Of a DNA stretch of 64,000 nt, positions 42,637-56,246 are shown piece by piece (positions within the stretch are counted from its first letter, which is position 1; each line of letters begins with the position of its first letter). The notes beneath the pieces are model-generated. The model was given only the letters and a program-made list of their open reading frames with translations, had not been told where the DNA came from and did no database searches. The DNA comes from Octopus vulgaris (lineage: Eukaryota), in the NCBI GenBank assembly GCA_951406725.2, contig OX597835.1, positions 48,236,001 through 48,300,000 of the forward strand, written 5' to 3'. Position numbers and translations under genes: made by a program.

Positions 42637-42879
42637 TGCGTGTGTGCGTGCGTGCGTGTGCGTTTGCATTTCTTACAGAAATGCAAACGCACACGTACAC
42701 ACACCTGTACACACACACATATGATTTTGTACACACACACCTGTACACACACACATATGCTTTTGTACAATCATGTATATATATATGTATATGCGTATAG
42801 TACTATATACGCTTATACGTATATTCTTGTATATATGCCTATATATAACAATATATACAAATACGTTAAACATTATTTT

Positions 42880-43030
42880 ATTCTTTTATTTGCTTCAGTC
42901 TTTTGACTGCGGCCAGGCTGGAGCACCGCCTTTAGGCGAACAAATCGACCCCGGGACTTATTCTTTGTAAGCCTGGTACTTATGTTATCCGTCTCTTTGC
43001 CGAACCACTAAGTTACGGGAACGTACGCAC
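42880..43030 (-). mobile_element. SINE family A, 3' half (inverted)
   Basis: TTCAGTCTTTTGACTGCGGCCAGGCTGGAGCACCGCCTTTAG..TTTGCCGAACCACTAAGTTACGGG. Confidence 0.85.
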
Positions 43031-43064
43031 TCTAAATTCGATGGTGGTATGACAAACACACACA

Positions 43065-43176
<112 letters not shown>

Positions 43177-43199
43177 TATATATATATATGACCTCGTAA

Positions 43200-43500
43200 G
43201 CACCGTTGGGCAAGTGTCTTCTACTATAGCCTCGGGCCGACCAAAGCCTTGTGAGTGGATTTGGTAGACGGAAACTGAAAGAAGCCCATTGTATATATGC
43301 ATATATATATGCGTGCGTGTGTTTGTGTGTCTGTGTTTGTCCCCCTAGCATTGCTTGACAACCGATGCTGGTGTGTTTATGTCCCCGTTACTTAACGGTT
43401 CGGCAAAAGAGACCGATAGAATAAGTCCTGGGGTCGAGTTGCTCGATTAAAGGCGGTGCTCCAGCATGGCCGCAGTCAAGTGACTGAAACAAGTAAAAGA

Positions 43501-43502
<2 letters not shown>
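43200..43502 (+). mobile_element. SINE family A, 5'-truncated
   Basis: GGGCAAGTGTCTTCTACTATAGCCTCGGGCCGACC...GCATGGCCGCAGTCAAGTGACTGAAACAAGTAAAAG. Confidence 0.9.
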
Positions 43503-43542
<40 letters not shown>

Positions 43543-43545
<3 letters not shown>

Positions 43546-43708
43546 GACGGGCTTCTTTCAGTTTCTGTTCACTAAATTCACTCACAAGGCTTTGTTCGGA
43601 CCGAGAGGCTATAGTAGAAGACACTTGGCCAAGGTGCCACGCAATGGGACTGAACCCGGAACCATGTGGTTTGGAAGGAAGCGTCTTACCGCACAACCAC
43701 TCCTGCGT
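43543..43708 (-). mobile_element. SINE family A, 5' half (inverted)
   Basis: GGCTATAGTAGAAGACACTTGGCCAAGGTGCCACGCAATGGGACTGAACCCGGAACCATGTGGTT. Confidence 0.88.
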
Positions 43709-43839
43709 CTATGTATTATATTTGTACATACATATACATACACAGAGACCTACGCAGACAGACACACTCAAACGCGCACACATATACACAACTATACAAA
43801 CATATTTTTGTGTACGTGTATGTGTGCGTACGTGTGCGT

Positions 43840-43883
<44 letters not shown>

Positions 43884-43976
43884 AAGATAATAATCAACAA
43901 TCTTTATGTTGTTTACGTGTGAATTTATTCGTTCTCAGCTGCTTGAAATAAATAAATAAGGAAAGAAAGAACGAAA

Positions 43977-44034
<58 letters not shown>

Positions 44035-44477
44035 AGGAAAGGAAGAACACTTACTCAAGATAAAGCCAAACAAATGCAAGTTGTGTATCTGTTGTTATAT
44101 TTTCTTTTCTCCCTTGTGTCAAATAAAGAAAAATAATTAGTTATTTTAGTATTTAAAACATTTGATAATTTTTTTCTGTTGTCACATGTATGTTTAGTAA
44201 ATATCGGGTCATTGCAACGTTGATGAAATTGTTTGAATATTGAAAACAAAAAAGAAAAAAAAAAGTGGAGGATCAAGAGGTTGAATTGCGCAGTCGTTCA
44301 TGAAAAATAAGACCCTACCGTCACGGAGGGAACGCCGTGTAATCGAGAAAGGCTTTCAATAGGATTAGACAATAAGAATAACGGAGTTATGTGGTCGGAC
44401 AATTTGCTAACAAAATACTGTGGAATAACCCACAAAACACACACTGCTGTCTTAAACTAGAGAAGAATGTAATTGGC

Positions 44478-44665
44478 CAGTGGTGGTCAACCGGACTCCT
44501 TAAGGCGATCGAGGCTCCATATAAGATTTTGTTGCTAAAATTTATTCAAGAATTTTTTTTTTACATAATTCCTAAGAATATTTAATGCTAAAACGACAAT
44601 AAGTTTTTTTTCAAACATTGAATGGTTAAACGGGTAAATCTGAGTAAAAATAAGAATCAAAGGTA
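44478..44665. mobile_element. hAT-like MITE fragment
   Basis: CAGTGGTGGTCAACC start; interior similar to 46163-46397. Confidence 0.4.
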
Positions 44666-44754
44666 GAAGATATATATATACAAATGCAGTGAGGTGTAAT
44701 CTGAGGAAGATTTAGCAACTATTTCTTGCAAGTCGTTTAACCACATAAGTGTCC

Positions 44755-45104
44755 TCGATTACATCTACCCCAGTGTTTCACTGGTACTTAATCTATCGAT
44801 CGCGAAAGGATGAAAGGCAAAGTTGACCTCAGCGGAATTTGAACTCAGAACGTAGCGACGAGCGAAATACCTATTTCTTTACTACCCACAAGGGGCTAAA
44901 CACAGAGAGGACAAACAAGGACAGACAAACGGATTAAGTCGATTATATCGACCCCAGTGCGTAACTGGTACTTAATTTGTCGAACCCGACAAGATGAAAG
45001 GCAAAGTCGACCTCGGCGGAATTTGAACTCAAAACGTAACGGCAGACGAAATACGGCTACGCATTTCGCCCGCCGTGCTAACGATTCTGCCAGCTCACCG
45101 CCTT
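44755..45104 (-). mobile_element. Tandem SINE family B (partial plus full copy)
   Basis: Minus strand head GGCGGTGAGCTGGCAGAATCGTTAGC (A box)...GAGTTCAAATTCC (B box). Segment 44755-44870 repeats 44940-45053. Confidence 0.9.
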
Positions 45105-46162
45105 ACAGGGAGAAAATAATAAAATTATATTTTTTCTTTCGAAAATTAATATTTATTTCATCATTTTTCTATAAGCACCAAAAAATTTTCATAAAAGTTA
45201 AAATTATAATGATTGTATGTATACCATATTTCCTGATGTTACTTAAGGTAGCAAAATTATAGCTCAGGGTTATCAGTCTTTTAATTAGAGAATTTTGGTT
45301 GGTTGTTAGTCAGACGAGAATGAGTGGTGTTCATGCCAATCTGCACTTATTAACCAATAGCGACTCATGAGCTACTGTAGTAGGAAGTAACGCGTCCACA
45401 TGTATTAGCGTTCTCAAAGCGGAGAACACTTTAGAGAAGCTTGCTTTAGGTTCGAATCTACTACGAGCAGTTGAGGACGGAATGGCAAGCGGTGTTAAAC
45501 CGGTGCATAGAAATGGTAAGGTGTCACACTCAATATATATTTTAGGATTTCGATGAGGCGTAGCACTATTATTCTTTAGCTGTCAGAATTCAAAATGCAG
45601 AGTGTCCCAGAATTAATAATCTACTTTAATGAAACCGGGCAAATTAGCAAGAAAAAAAAAAGAATAAAGAGTGACAGCATTATATGTTTAATACTGATTT
45701 ATGATGTCAAAACAAATAGATTTATAAATTTTAGGTGAAAATTTTATTGAAACTTTTCGATATGTGCTCCGTCTGTATCTCTGCAAATTTCAAATCTATT
45801 CTTAACGTTGCGAAACACATGTTGAAACATTTCAGGAATAATCTCCTGCACAGCTACCCGAATGTTTTCTGAAGTATTGCTCCATCCCTGGGATGGAAGT
45901 AGAGAAAATATTTGCAGTAAAATTTATGAAAAAAAAAAACTGTGTAGGACAGATAAGCAGGATCCAACAGAAATGAAAAAAAAATCCAAAAAAAAAAAAA
46001 TTAAACCTTTTAAAATTATAAATATTAAAATAAAATTTAAAATTTATACACTTTCAACATATATTAAATACGATAAAATTAAGTAAAAATGAATTCTTAA
46101 AACAAATTGTCTGGTTTCACTGAAATGTAATACCTCGGCTACCTTGTATTTACGCATTAAAG

Positions 46163-46397
46163 CAGTGGTTCTTAATTGGGCTCCAAAGAGCCCTTCTGGG
46201 TCCAAACAAGATACGGTTGTTAAAATTGATCTTTAATAAATTGGTTTTATTTCTACACTTTTTTTATACAATTCCTAATAACTTTTTAATTATGAAAATA
46301 AAATATATTTTAAAACATCATATGGCTAGAAGGAATTCATCCGAGTAAAATTGGAGTCAAAAGGGTCCAAAGGAACAATAATGGTCGAGAAGCACCG
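46163..46397. mobile_element. hAT/Charlie-like MITE
   Basis: Imperfect TIRs CAGTGGTTCTTAA / TCGAGAAGCACCG around an AT-rich interior; TSD not recognisable. Confidence 0.55.
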
Positions 46398-46953
46398 GTG
46401 TAGAAAAGGAAAGCGTTTAGGTTGAGGAAAGCGAAATATCAATTCATAAATGAGCAAAGAAAAGAAGGCTTTAAAATAATCTCTTTCATTAGTTTACAGC
46501 TGTTTCGGCTAAATGTAGCAATGTACGCATAGCTGAGTGATTGTGTGATATCTCATTGCGTCTTCGGAGCCATTTGTTTTTGTTTGAGTGCGTGAGTGTA
46601 TGTGTGTGCGTGTGTGTGTATGAGCGTGCGTGTGTATGTGTGTGTGCGTGAGTGTGTGTGTACATTATCAGTCTTTGTCCTCTCTCCATTTTCATGTATG
46701 CATGTATATATATTCTGTTCATCAAGCCCAATGCGTCTTATCTGCTTATTTGAATCATTGACTCCATGTCTGCTCTACTGAATTTCACCTTCTGGCCACT
46801 CGACATCCGCTTCCTCGATCCTTGGTAAAGTTTCCAAACTGGGAATCGGTTGAGCGCTACAGCGTGTTTTCAATATTGAGAATCTCCCGATCTCATCTAT
46901 TAGCGTTCTCCCCACCCTCTCTCTTCCCCCTCTACCCCTCTCTCTTCCCCCTC

Positions 46954-47062
<109 letters not shown>

Positions 47063-47361
47063 AGCTTATTTTTGTCTGTACATATATATTCCCCTCCTAT
47101 TACCGAAAGCTGAACAGTTATTTCCCTTACCCACAACAATAACAATAATAACGATAACCAATTACCTCCCCTTATTTATCTACTTGTGAAGTCATTCACT
47201 CCTGAATATCATCACACACAACATGGACAAAATTTCTTAAGAAAAAATATATATTCAAATAAGTAAAACATAATATCATGAATAGCGATAGCTAAACCGG
47301 TCGATATGTTGAAAATTATGTTAAAACTATGTAAGTGTGCGTATTTTCTTTCTTAATTTCT

Positions 47362-47408
<47 letters not shown>

Positions 47409-47489
47409 ATATGTATGTATGTATGTATGTGTGTATATATATACCTACATGTATAATAACAATAATAATAATAATAGTAGTAGTAGTAA

Positions 47490-47551
<62 letters not shown>

Positions 47552-47912
47552 ATGATAATAATGCTAATAATATATCTTAAGTAACCAGAAGAGGGGTTTC
47601 GTATTAATCATAATTTTCTACGACGGTCGTTTCCATGTTATTATTCGAAAACATCTCAACAGACTAAATATCATTTAATTATTAAAATTGGTATAAACCT
47701 TTGTTAGAGGATAGTGGGTTGTATAAGGGTTCTAATTCGTTAATAAAGGTTAGATTGTGAGTTGCAATAAATGAATGAGAGAATAAATACGTGAATACTT
47801 AGTTAATTCTGTGGGCAAAGTCGAAACAGCTGTAAGATAATATGCTGAATTTTTTCAGTTAATAAATTATATTAATGCTACATCTCCATTTTCTGAATTT
47901 TAATTTACATAC

Positions 47913-47992
<80 letters not shown>

Positions 47993-47994
<2 letters not shown>

Positions 47995-48183
47995 GTTAAT
48001 CCAAACATGAAAACACAACAACGCGAGGACGTGGAACAAATATAGTATTATTGGACGCTCAGGAAAAAGGAAAGAAGGAGGGTTCAACGTTTCGAGCGGA
48101 GCTCTTCGTCGGAAACATAGGAGAAGGAAAGATCCAGAGAAGGGAAGACAGAGGGAAAAAAATCGACAACGGTACACACGAGG

Positions 48184-48187
<4 letters not shown>
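47993..48187 (-). mobile_element. PLE-type terminal repeat H2 with minimal hammerhead
   Basis: Minus strand CCGACGA-A-GAGC-tcc-GCTC-GAAAC-GTT at 48112-48086. Confidence 0.7.
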
Positions 48188-48229
<42 letters not shown>

Positions 48230-49252
48230 GTGTGTGTGTGTATGTATGTGTGTGTGTGTGTGTGTGTGTTTATATATATATACATATATATACATATATA
48301 TATAAAGAGAGAGAGACAGAGAGAGAGAAAGAAAGCAAGAAAGAAAGAAAAAAAGAAAGGAAGGAATAGAGAGAGAGAGACAAATATAAACACGGAAAGA
48401 ATGATGCTAATGATACGAATATGTATATGGAAAGAATGTTGCCAATTGTGAATATCAGTGATGTAATTATTCAAGTGAGTGGACCGTTTTGTATACAGAA
48501 CAGAAATACAATAACGGTTTACATATGCAACATACTGAATTGTGACTAAGTCTACCTTCCGTAGAAAGGTACTGCTTGTACGCTGTTTCTGTCTTCAGAA
48601 ATTTCCTTCAAAACACTTGGGTCAACTAGCGTTTAAAGGAGAATAAACTTGCTCAAGACGGTCATGTAGTAAGAATCGAACCTGGAAACACGTGGTTCAG
48701 AAGCAAAGTTGTTAACTACACCGCCATAACAATGGCACACGATATAACATTAAAGGTCTTCCTCTATTCCAGCATATACTGTTGATGCTGATGCTGCTGC
48801 CAGAAGTGATGATGATGATGATGATGATGATGATAGGGATCACGACCAGTAACAGGGGTGAGGGGTGAGTTGCTGTTCTTGGTGGTGGCGGTGGTGGGGA
48901 GTCAGTAGTTTATAACCTCCGTCTTTTCAGTCGTCACATTTTTAGTAATTTCCTGCCTTTGCAAAATGGCGCAGAAATGAACATCGTTCAAGCGATTGCT
49001 GCTGTCACACCGAACACATGAATTAAAAGTAGATTTCTCAAAACTAACAACAGCAACAACAACAACAACAACAACAAATAAAACAATGAGGTAAATGACA
49101 AAATAAATTCTAAAAGAAACACAAACCAAAACAAACAGATAAATAAAAGTAATAAATATATTTTTCGATTTCACATTTCGATAACATCATTAGAGAAGTA
49201 TTAAGGAGTTATTTTCTTCTTATTATTGATTTGGATCTTTCTTGTCGTTGGA

Positions 49253-49344
<92 letters not shown>

Positions 49345-49610
49345 CATCATCATCATCATCATCATCTTTGTTACTGTTACTGTTGTTGTTACCATTATCA
49401 TCATCAACATTAGTATTATCATTATTACAAGTTGCAGTAGTAATAGTTTTAGTAGTAGTAGTAGTAGTAGTTGTTGTTGTTGTTGTAGTAGTAGTAGTAA
49501 TAGTAGCAGCAGCAAAGCAGGGGCAGTAGCAGTAGTAGTAGTAAGTAGTAATACCATTATTATTATCACCATCCAAATCATCATTATCTTCAACATCATA
49601 ATCATTATTA

Positions 49611-49683
<73 letters not shown>

Positions 49684-50331
49684 TTGTTGGTGTATGTCCA
49701 AGTCCTGTCGTTAGGCTTTGTTATGTTATGAGATAATCCTAAATCCAGTAGCGTTGATCTTTGACACGATAGGATTCAGTTGCGTCTCTTCTTTAAGTCC
49801 AGGGGGTAAAGACAGGGGGTCAGGTCAGTGTTGAGATTGATGTTCCTTGATTAATGAATGTTGCTTTATTTTGTTTTATTATTTCCTTAAAGAGAGTGAA
49901 AGCAAGGGAGAGAAGAAGCGAAAGTGAAACACGTTTTTGCCAGAATATAATAGCGAAAGCAAGGAAAATGCCAAAGAAAAAAGTTAAATAAAAAATTAGA
50001 TGATAGATATAAATACAATATCACAAAAAAAAATAAAAACAAAGGAAATAAATACAGGAAAAACAAGTATCGGGTCAATGAAAGATAAGAGTTAAGTTTA
50101 TCTAAGTGTGTGCCACGGGTAACATTAGCGGAAACTCGTGTTAATATCATAAGCTCTAAAGAAGTTGGTTGTTGTGAGACGTCCAGTGTGAGGTTCATAG
50201 TTTAATCATTGTATATGAGACAGAAAAATGTTTAGTCTAGCACTATAGCACCATATATCATGAGGTGAGTTGATTTATCAGTACATAAAAGCAATAAAGT
50301 GTGAGGAGAGACACTGATAGGATTAACTTAT

Positions 50332-50398
<67 letters not shown>

Positions 50399-50441
50399 GA
50401 GAGAGAGAGATACATATTTATATATATATATATATATATAC

Positions 50442-50480
<39 letters not shown>

Positions 50481-50670
50481 TTATATACATATATATACAT
50501 AATATATTTATATATATATATATATGTATATATATACATATTTATGTACATATATATACATAATGTATATATATATACGTATATGTATTCCTAATTCATA
50601 CATATAGATATTTAAATACATACTTACATATGTATAACACACAATATACACGAGCGCATATATATATATA

Positions 50671-50707
<37 letters not shown>

Positions 50708-51404
50708 CAAAACACACATACACGATGTGTGTGCGTTGTTAGTTCGTGGGTCGTCTGGATTTTAGGCGTAAGAGCAATATATTCTCAATGTGCCTGATGT
50801 TAAAAACACCTGAAAGTAATCCAACTTCTTAAGCAAATAAGGTTAAGGTTAAGAGAAGAGACGATACGAGGACAGACAAAACAAACGTTAGGGTCAGGGG
50901 ATCGAATGGAACGAAACGTATGAATAAACAATTGAAATATATATTACAATTAAATGTGAATGAATGATTTACAAAAAATGAAGCGGAGGGCGCGGTCGAC
51001 CCCACAAACCACAAAGACACAATGAAGACTTTGTTTTTTTCCATTTTTTTTTTGTTCTCGTTTAGACAAGTTCTTTCACTCGCTACAGACTTCCATTTTT
51101 TACGAAACACTTTTCGATAGGCATTTCTTCTCCAGCCTTATTTTCCGTTTCATGCGGAAAACGAAAAAGTCAATTAACCCGAGACTGGAGACGAATATGC
51201 CTTATTTACGTGATTTACATTACTTCCATTTGACGGATATTTGTCATCTTTGTCTACAAACAAGATATCCGTCAAATGTCACTAATGTAAATAATGTACA
51301 TAATTCCTCATCTCTTAAATATAGAACTGTATGAATATGCCTGTTGCATCCTTTCTCAGGGCGACAGACATCATATTTATCTTTTACTTGGACACCACCT
51401 CGAG

Positions 51405-51560
51405 AATTTTTAGTGGAATATATTGAACCCAGGACTTATTCATTTTAAGCCTGAAACATATTTTACCAGTATCTATTGCAAATGCGCTAAGCTCTGAGAA
51501 CGTAAACACACTTATACCGGTCGCCAAGAGATGGTAGGGAACAAAACACAGACACAAAGA
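51405..51560 (-). mobile_element. SINE family A, 3' half, degenerate
   Basis: CCCAGGACTTATTC..GCTAAG..AACGTAAACACAC. Confidence 0.55.
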
Positions 51561-51624
51561 CACCCACCCACACTCACACGCACATACACACTCATACCCA
51601 CCCATCCACACACATCCACTTATA

Positions 51625-52515
51625 CAGGGTGCAATGGGTAAATTGTTGACATGTTATGTTTTAATTTTGCGCATGCGCATAGTTTGTTTTTGATTTTGTT
51701 GACTACACATTATAGCGGGACCAGTTGGGCACCGTCTGTGAGAAAAACAGCACTATGACGCTATTCAGTCTGCCAGGAATTTGGAAACAACATACTGTAC
51801 TGCCTGGCATTCGCGCCCGAAGCTCCAGCACGAAGATTTCAGGATCAAATGGTGTACACAGAGAACAACCGTTGGCCTCCCGTATCACCAAAACATGTAC
51901 CGCCAGTGATCCAGCATTCAGTCAACATGATGGCGTTTGGAGTGATCTCTAGTGATTACGAAGTTATGCTTCCATTCATCTTCCCACACGGCCTCACTTA
52001 ACACGGAGGTCTACATCGAGTTCCAGGAGGATGCAGTGCTGCCTTGAGTCAACAGGGTGTCTGCCGAAAGACCTTATGTCTGGCTACAGGACTCTGTACC
52101 TTGCCACACAAGCAGGAGAACCCAATCATGGCTTTCAGACAATTTCTGTGACCACAACACCACTAACATCAGGCCACCTAACCCCCAAGACTGCAACCCT
52201 ATTGATTATTATGTGTAGGGTAAAGTTGAGCGAGAGACCAACAAAACTCCTTGTAACACCAACGATGAACTGAAGGCAAGGATTATGGCAGCATTCACCA
52301 ACTTAAACAAGAAGATCGTTCAGAAGAGTTGCAGGAGATTCCGAAGTCGTCCGGAGGCCGTAGTTGGAGCCAATGGCGATTTTATTGAATTAATTTACTC
52401 TTTAGTATTTCAAGATATTTTCATGTAATTTTGGTAATTATATCTGTTAAAATGAAATGTCAATGTTATTTTCATTTTTGCATAATTTAGATGACAGTTT
52501 ATTCACTGTACTCTG
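51625..52515 (+). mobile_element. Tc1/mariner DD37D (maT-type) DNA transposon, internally deleted and inactive
   Basis: TA-flanked imperfect TIRs CAGGGTGCAATGGGTAAATTGT / ACAGTTTATTCACTGTACTCTG. 52072-52389 translates PYVWLQDSVPCHTSRRTQSWLSDNFCDHNTTNIRPPNPQDCNPIDYYV*GKVERETNK...FRSRPEAVVGANGDFIE, with 37 residues between the last two catalytic Asp. The N-terminal two-thirds is missing. Confidence 0.9.
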
Positions 52516-52574
52516 TATATACATGCTTAAGTCCATGTATTGTTACCCACATATATGCGCCTGTGTGTGTGTGG

Positions 52575-53030
52575 TGGGGGTGGAAACTCTTGGCATCGAC
52601 GAGGACGAACTGACTGGTTTGTTTCGTTGCAATTTCGGGCCCGGTACTACCATGGATAATTTCCCGAAATCCCCGGCCTGACAGTGCTACCGAGGAGCAC
52701 CGCCACTCTACAGGCACGAAAGCACTGTCAGGTGGGAAACCGTTCTGCATGCAATCGTGTAGAGTCCTAGTATTGTGGAGTTACATCGAACAGCTGTTAT
52801 CGTGTGTAGGACCAATCCGACAATCGGCCGAATCCAGGATCGACCCAGCACCCACCTTTAACGAAGCAGAACAGGTGATGTTCCTCTGCCTGGTGACTAT
52901 GGAGAAAGAGGCTGTGGGATGAATGAGGCTGTGGGATGAACGAAGCTGAGAGGAATGAGGAAAGACAACTTCCTCTCCAGTGAATTTCTCATCGAAATAT
53001 TTGAGTTCCACATCGAAAGGAAAGTGAGTT
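52575..53030 (+). mobile_element. Degraded L1/Tx1 LINE ORF2 fragment with several internal deletions
   Basis: LGIDEDELTGLFRCNFGPG.TMDNF aligns to LDVDEEYLTRLFRTTFGPGPMDNF; GAAACCGTTCTGCA and TCGAACA.CTG shared with 4915-4983. Confidence 0.85.
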
Positions 53031-53122
53031 GATGAAATAAGTACCAGCTGAGCGCTGGGGGTCACTGTAATTGACCATTCCCACTCCTTCTAAGTTTCTG
53101 GTCTTCTGTCAAATCTAGAAAG
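53030..53122 (+). mobile_element. SINE family B, 3' part
   Basis: GATGAAATAAGTACCAGCTGAGCGCTGGGGGTC. Confidence 0.6.
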
Positions 53123-54033
53123 AATATTAATTATTATTATTATTATCATTATGCTAATCATTATCACTAGCGTTATTGGGATTGGAAAATCTTTGATAAG
53201 AATTGATGTTCATTCTGCTGCTTGGCGATGGCAGCTTCGATACACTTCCTTAATCATTTATGTTTTCTCTGTGGCTAACAAATACATGTAGTGAATGATG
53301 AGTGAGTGAGAAATAGAGAGGAAGGGAGACAGAGGCAGAGACAGTAAGGGAGAGGGAGAGAGTCAGAGAAAAAGAGAGGCAGAGGTTGTCAGTAAATGAA
53401 GCAGATGGAAGAAACATGCGGACAATAAGAGGAGGAATGAGAGGAGAGAGGGTGAAGGAGAAAGCTGTACCAGTTGTATTGTGGGGTCGAGAAGTCTCCG
53501 TCGAGAGACATTGATGGATGAATGCTCAATTTACGGGGAAGCTTCAAACCATGGGATAGACAGTAAGGGACAGTATTACAATCACACACACACACACACA
53601 GACACACACACACAGACACACACACACAGACACACACACACCTATATGTGTGTGTGTATACATGTGTATCTACAAACACACATACATAAACATATGTGTT
53701 TCTATATGGGTATAGAGATATGTTTATATGCATGTGTGTGGATCTGTGTGGGTGTGTAGGTAGGTAGGTAGATGCATGGATGTGGGTAGACATACACACA
53801 TCTGCATACAACTATGTGCTCGTATATATATGTATGCAGGTATGTATATATCGGGAGAGACACACACACATTCGCACACGCAGAGAAGGAAGAGGGAAGA
53901 GAGATTGTAATGCATCTATCTACGCAGACACATAAACACAGTGAAACATATATGTGTGTGTGTGTGTATAAATATGTGTGTATACAGACAGAGAGAGAGA
54001 GAGAGAGAGAGATAAATATATATAGAGAGAGAG

Positions 54034-54096
<63 letters not shown>

Positions 54097-54641
54097 GAGA
54101 GAGATAGATAGATAAATATATATATATAGATAGATAAATAGATAGATAGATAGATTGACTGATAGATAGAGAGAGAAGGAGAGAGAGAGAAAGAAACAGA
54201 TACAGAGAAAGAGGGAGATGACTGAGAGATTGAAAGTGAGAGAAAGAGAGACAGAAAGAGAAGGTGAGTGAGATACCTACGTAGTGGGAGACGAAGTGAA
54301 AGTAATGTACATGCCTGTATGTGTGTGGTGTGTGTGATGTTTATGTGTATGTGTGTGGTGTGTGTGTTTGAGTGTATATCTGTTTGTATAATTCAAAGTG
54401 AGAGATGGGGAAGAGAGAGAGAGAGAGAGAGAGAGTGGGAAAGAGAGAGGAGGTAAAAATGGCAAAAGAGATTAAGTAACATCCATAAAAAGCACGATGG
54501 GCTGAAAATCAGCGAAGGGAGATAATTGTAAGAGGACAATTAAGCATTTGAAGACTTTTGGAATTGGATTAGAAAGTTTCGATATTGCTATTAGGAATTA
54601 GGAATGGTTTGCAAGGTCTTAGAACTTTTCTTTGATCTGCC

Positions 54642-54657
54642 TCAAGGTCAAAGGTGA
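54642..54657 (+). promoter_or_regulatory. Candidate nuclear-receptor element (TCAAGGTCA overlapping DR1)
   Basis: TCAAGGTCA-A-AGGTGA in non-repetitive-looking sequence; motif match only. Confidence 0.3.
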
Positions 54658-54779
54658 CGAAATCAGGCTGGAACTTTCGTCGGAACATTTATTCTCTGTG
54701 TACTGGCATACAAATGGCGCTCCCGAATAATATTTATGTGTGTTTGTGTTTGTTCGATTATGCGTGTGTATGCGTTTGC

Positions 54780-54840
<61 letters not shown>

Positions 54841-55008
54841 CGTGTAAGTGTATATATACGCACATATATGAATGTATACAAATGCATATACTATATATAC
54901 ATATGTACACACATATGTTTGTCCGCATACATTAATACATACATACACATTTATATACATGAGTCTGTTTGCCGGTGTCTGCTTGAAGTAGGGTGTATGT
55001 GTGTGTGT

Positions 55009-55047
<39 letters not shown>

Positions 55048-55297
55048 TGTGTAATTCAATTCGGTTATATTGCATTATTGATCTGCTGTTTTATACTATC
55101 TTTTTTTTTTTTTTTTGGAATCTTCGATAATTGATAATCTTCTTTTCTATCTATGTATCTGTATGTCAATATGCCACGCTCTGTGTTTTCGTATCTATAT
55201 GTGTGCAGGGCATCGCATAGACATTAATATACACACACACAAAGACAAACATATACAACATGACTACACGAATATAATCTATATACATTACAGTGAG

Positions 55298-55330
<33 letters not shown>

Positions 55331-55369
55331 AATATGAAATATGTATATACTCGTATGTATATATATATA

Positions 55370-55404
<35 letters not shown>

Positions 55405-55545
55405 GTGTGTATGTATATATTGCACAGAAATGCATATATATATATATATATATATATATACTATATATATATATATGTATATACATACGAATATATACAT
55501 ATTTCATTTTATCGATTTGTCTCTATATATTTATCTATCTAACCT

Positions 55546-55601
<56 letters not shown>

Positions 55602-56027
55602 CACACACAGACGTATGTAATCATATACCTACACATGCACTACCACATGTATACATACACATGCATATAATTGTATGTATGTAAATTTACGTATGTACAC
55701 ATACATATATATATCTTACATATTGTTTTTCCACTTTATTGTTGATAATCGAAAAATATTTATGGTATCCAAGACAATTAGTCTACTCCTCCCCCCCCCC
55801 CACTGCTTGCCAACAGCCAATCAAATGTTATTACGTCTGCTATATTTTTATATACGCATCTAGACTGTCCAATGTGTTCTCCTTTTAAGAAGGCTGGGGT
55901 GTGTCTTATGAGGAAGAATAAGTTGCTCTTTCTAACAGGCCCCGCACCACCGAAAATGTCTCTCTTTCGTCCACTCTGTCAAATGTAGACACAATGTTAC
56001 TGATTTATGCAATAGCCGTCGCAAAAA

Positions 56028-56246
56028 TGTTTCAAATCTTGGCACAGGGCCAGCATTTTGAGGGGGAGGGGCGGAGAGAATTCGATGACATCGATCCCAG
56101 TGCTTAACCGCCAATTTTATCGGCCGCGAAATGATGAAAAGCAAAGTCGACCTGAACGGAATTTGTACTCAGAACGTAAAGACGGACAACATACGATTAA
56201 GCATTTTGTCCGGCGTGCTAACTACGATTCCACCAGCCGGTCGCCT
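56028..56246 (-). mobile_element. SINE family B, full length
   Basis: TTTCAAATCTTGGCACAGGGCCAGC..GCAAAGTCGACCT..CTCAGAACGTAAAGACGGAC..CCAGCCGGTCGCC. Confidence 0.8.

Noticed and set aside
47822-47836. GAAACAGCTGTAAG hammerhead 3' half (similar: GAAACTGCAG at 634-643 and 34079-34089 minus)
   Set aside because: No matching CUGANGA or helix II found; probably decayed PLE ends.
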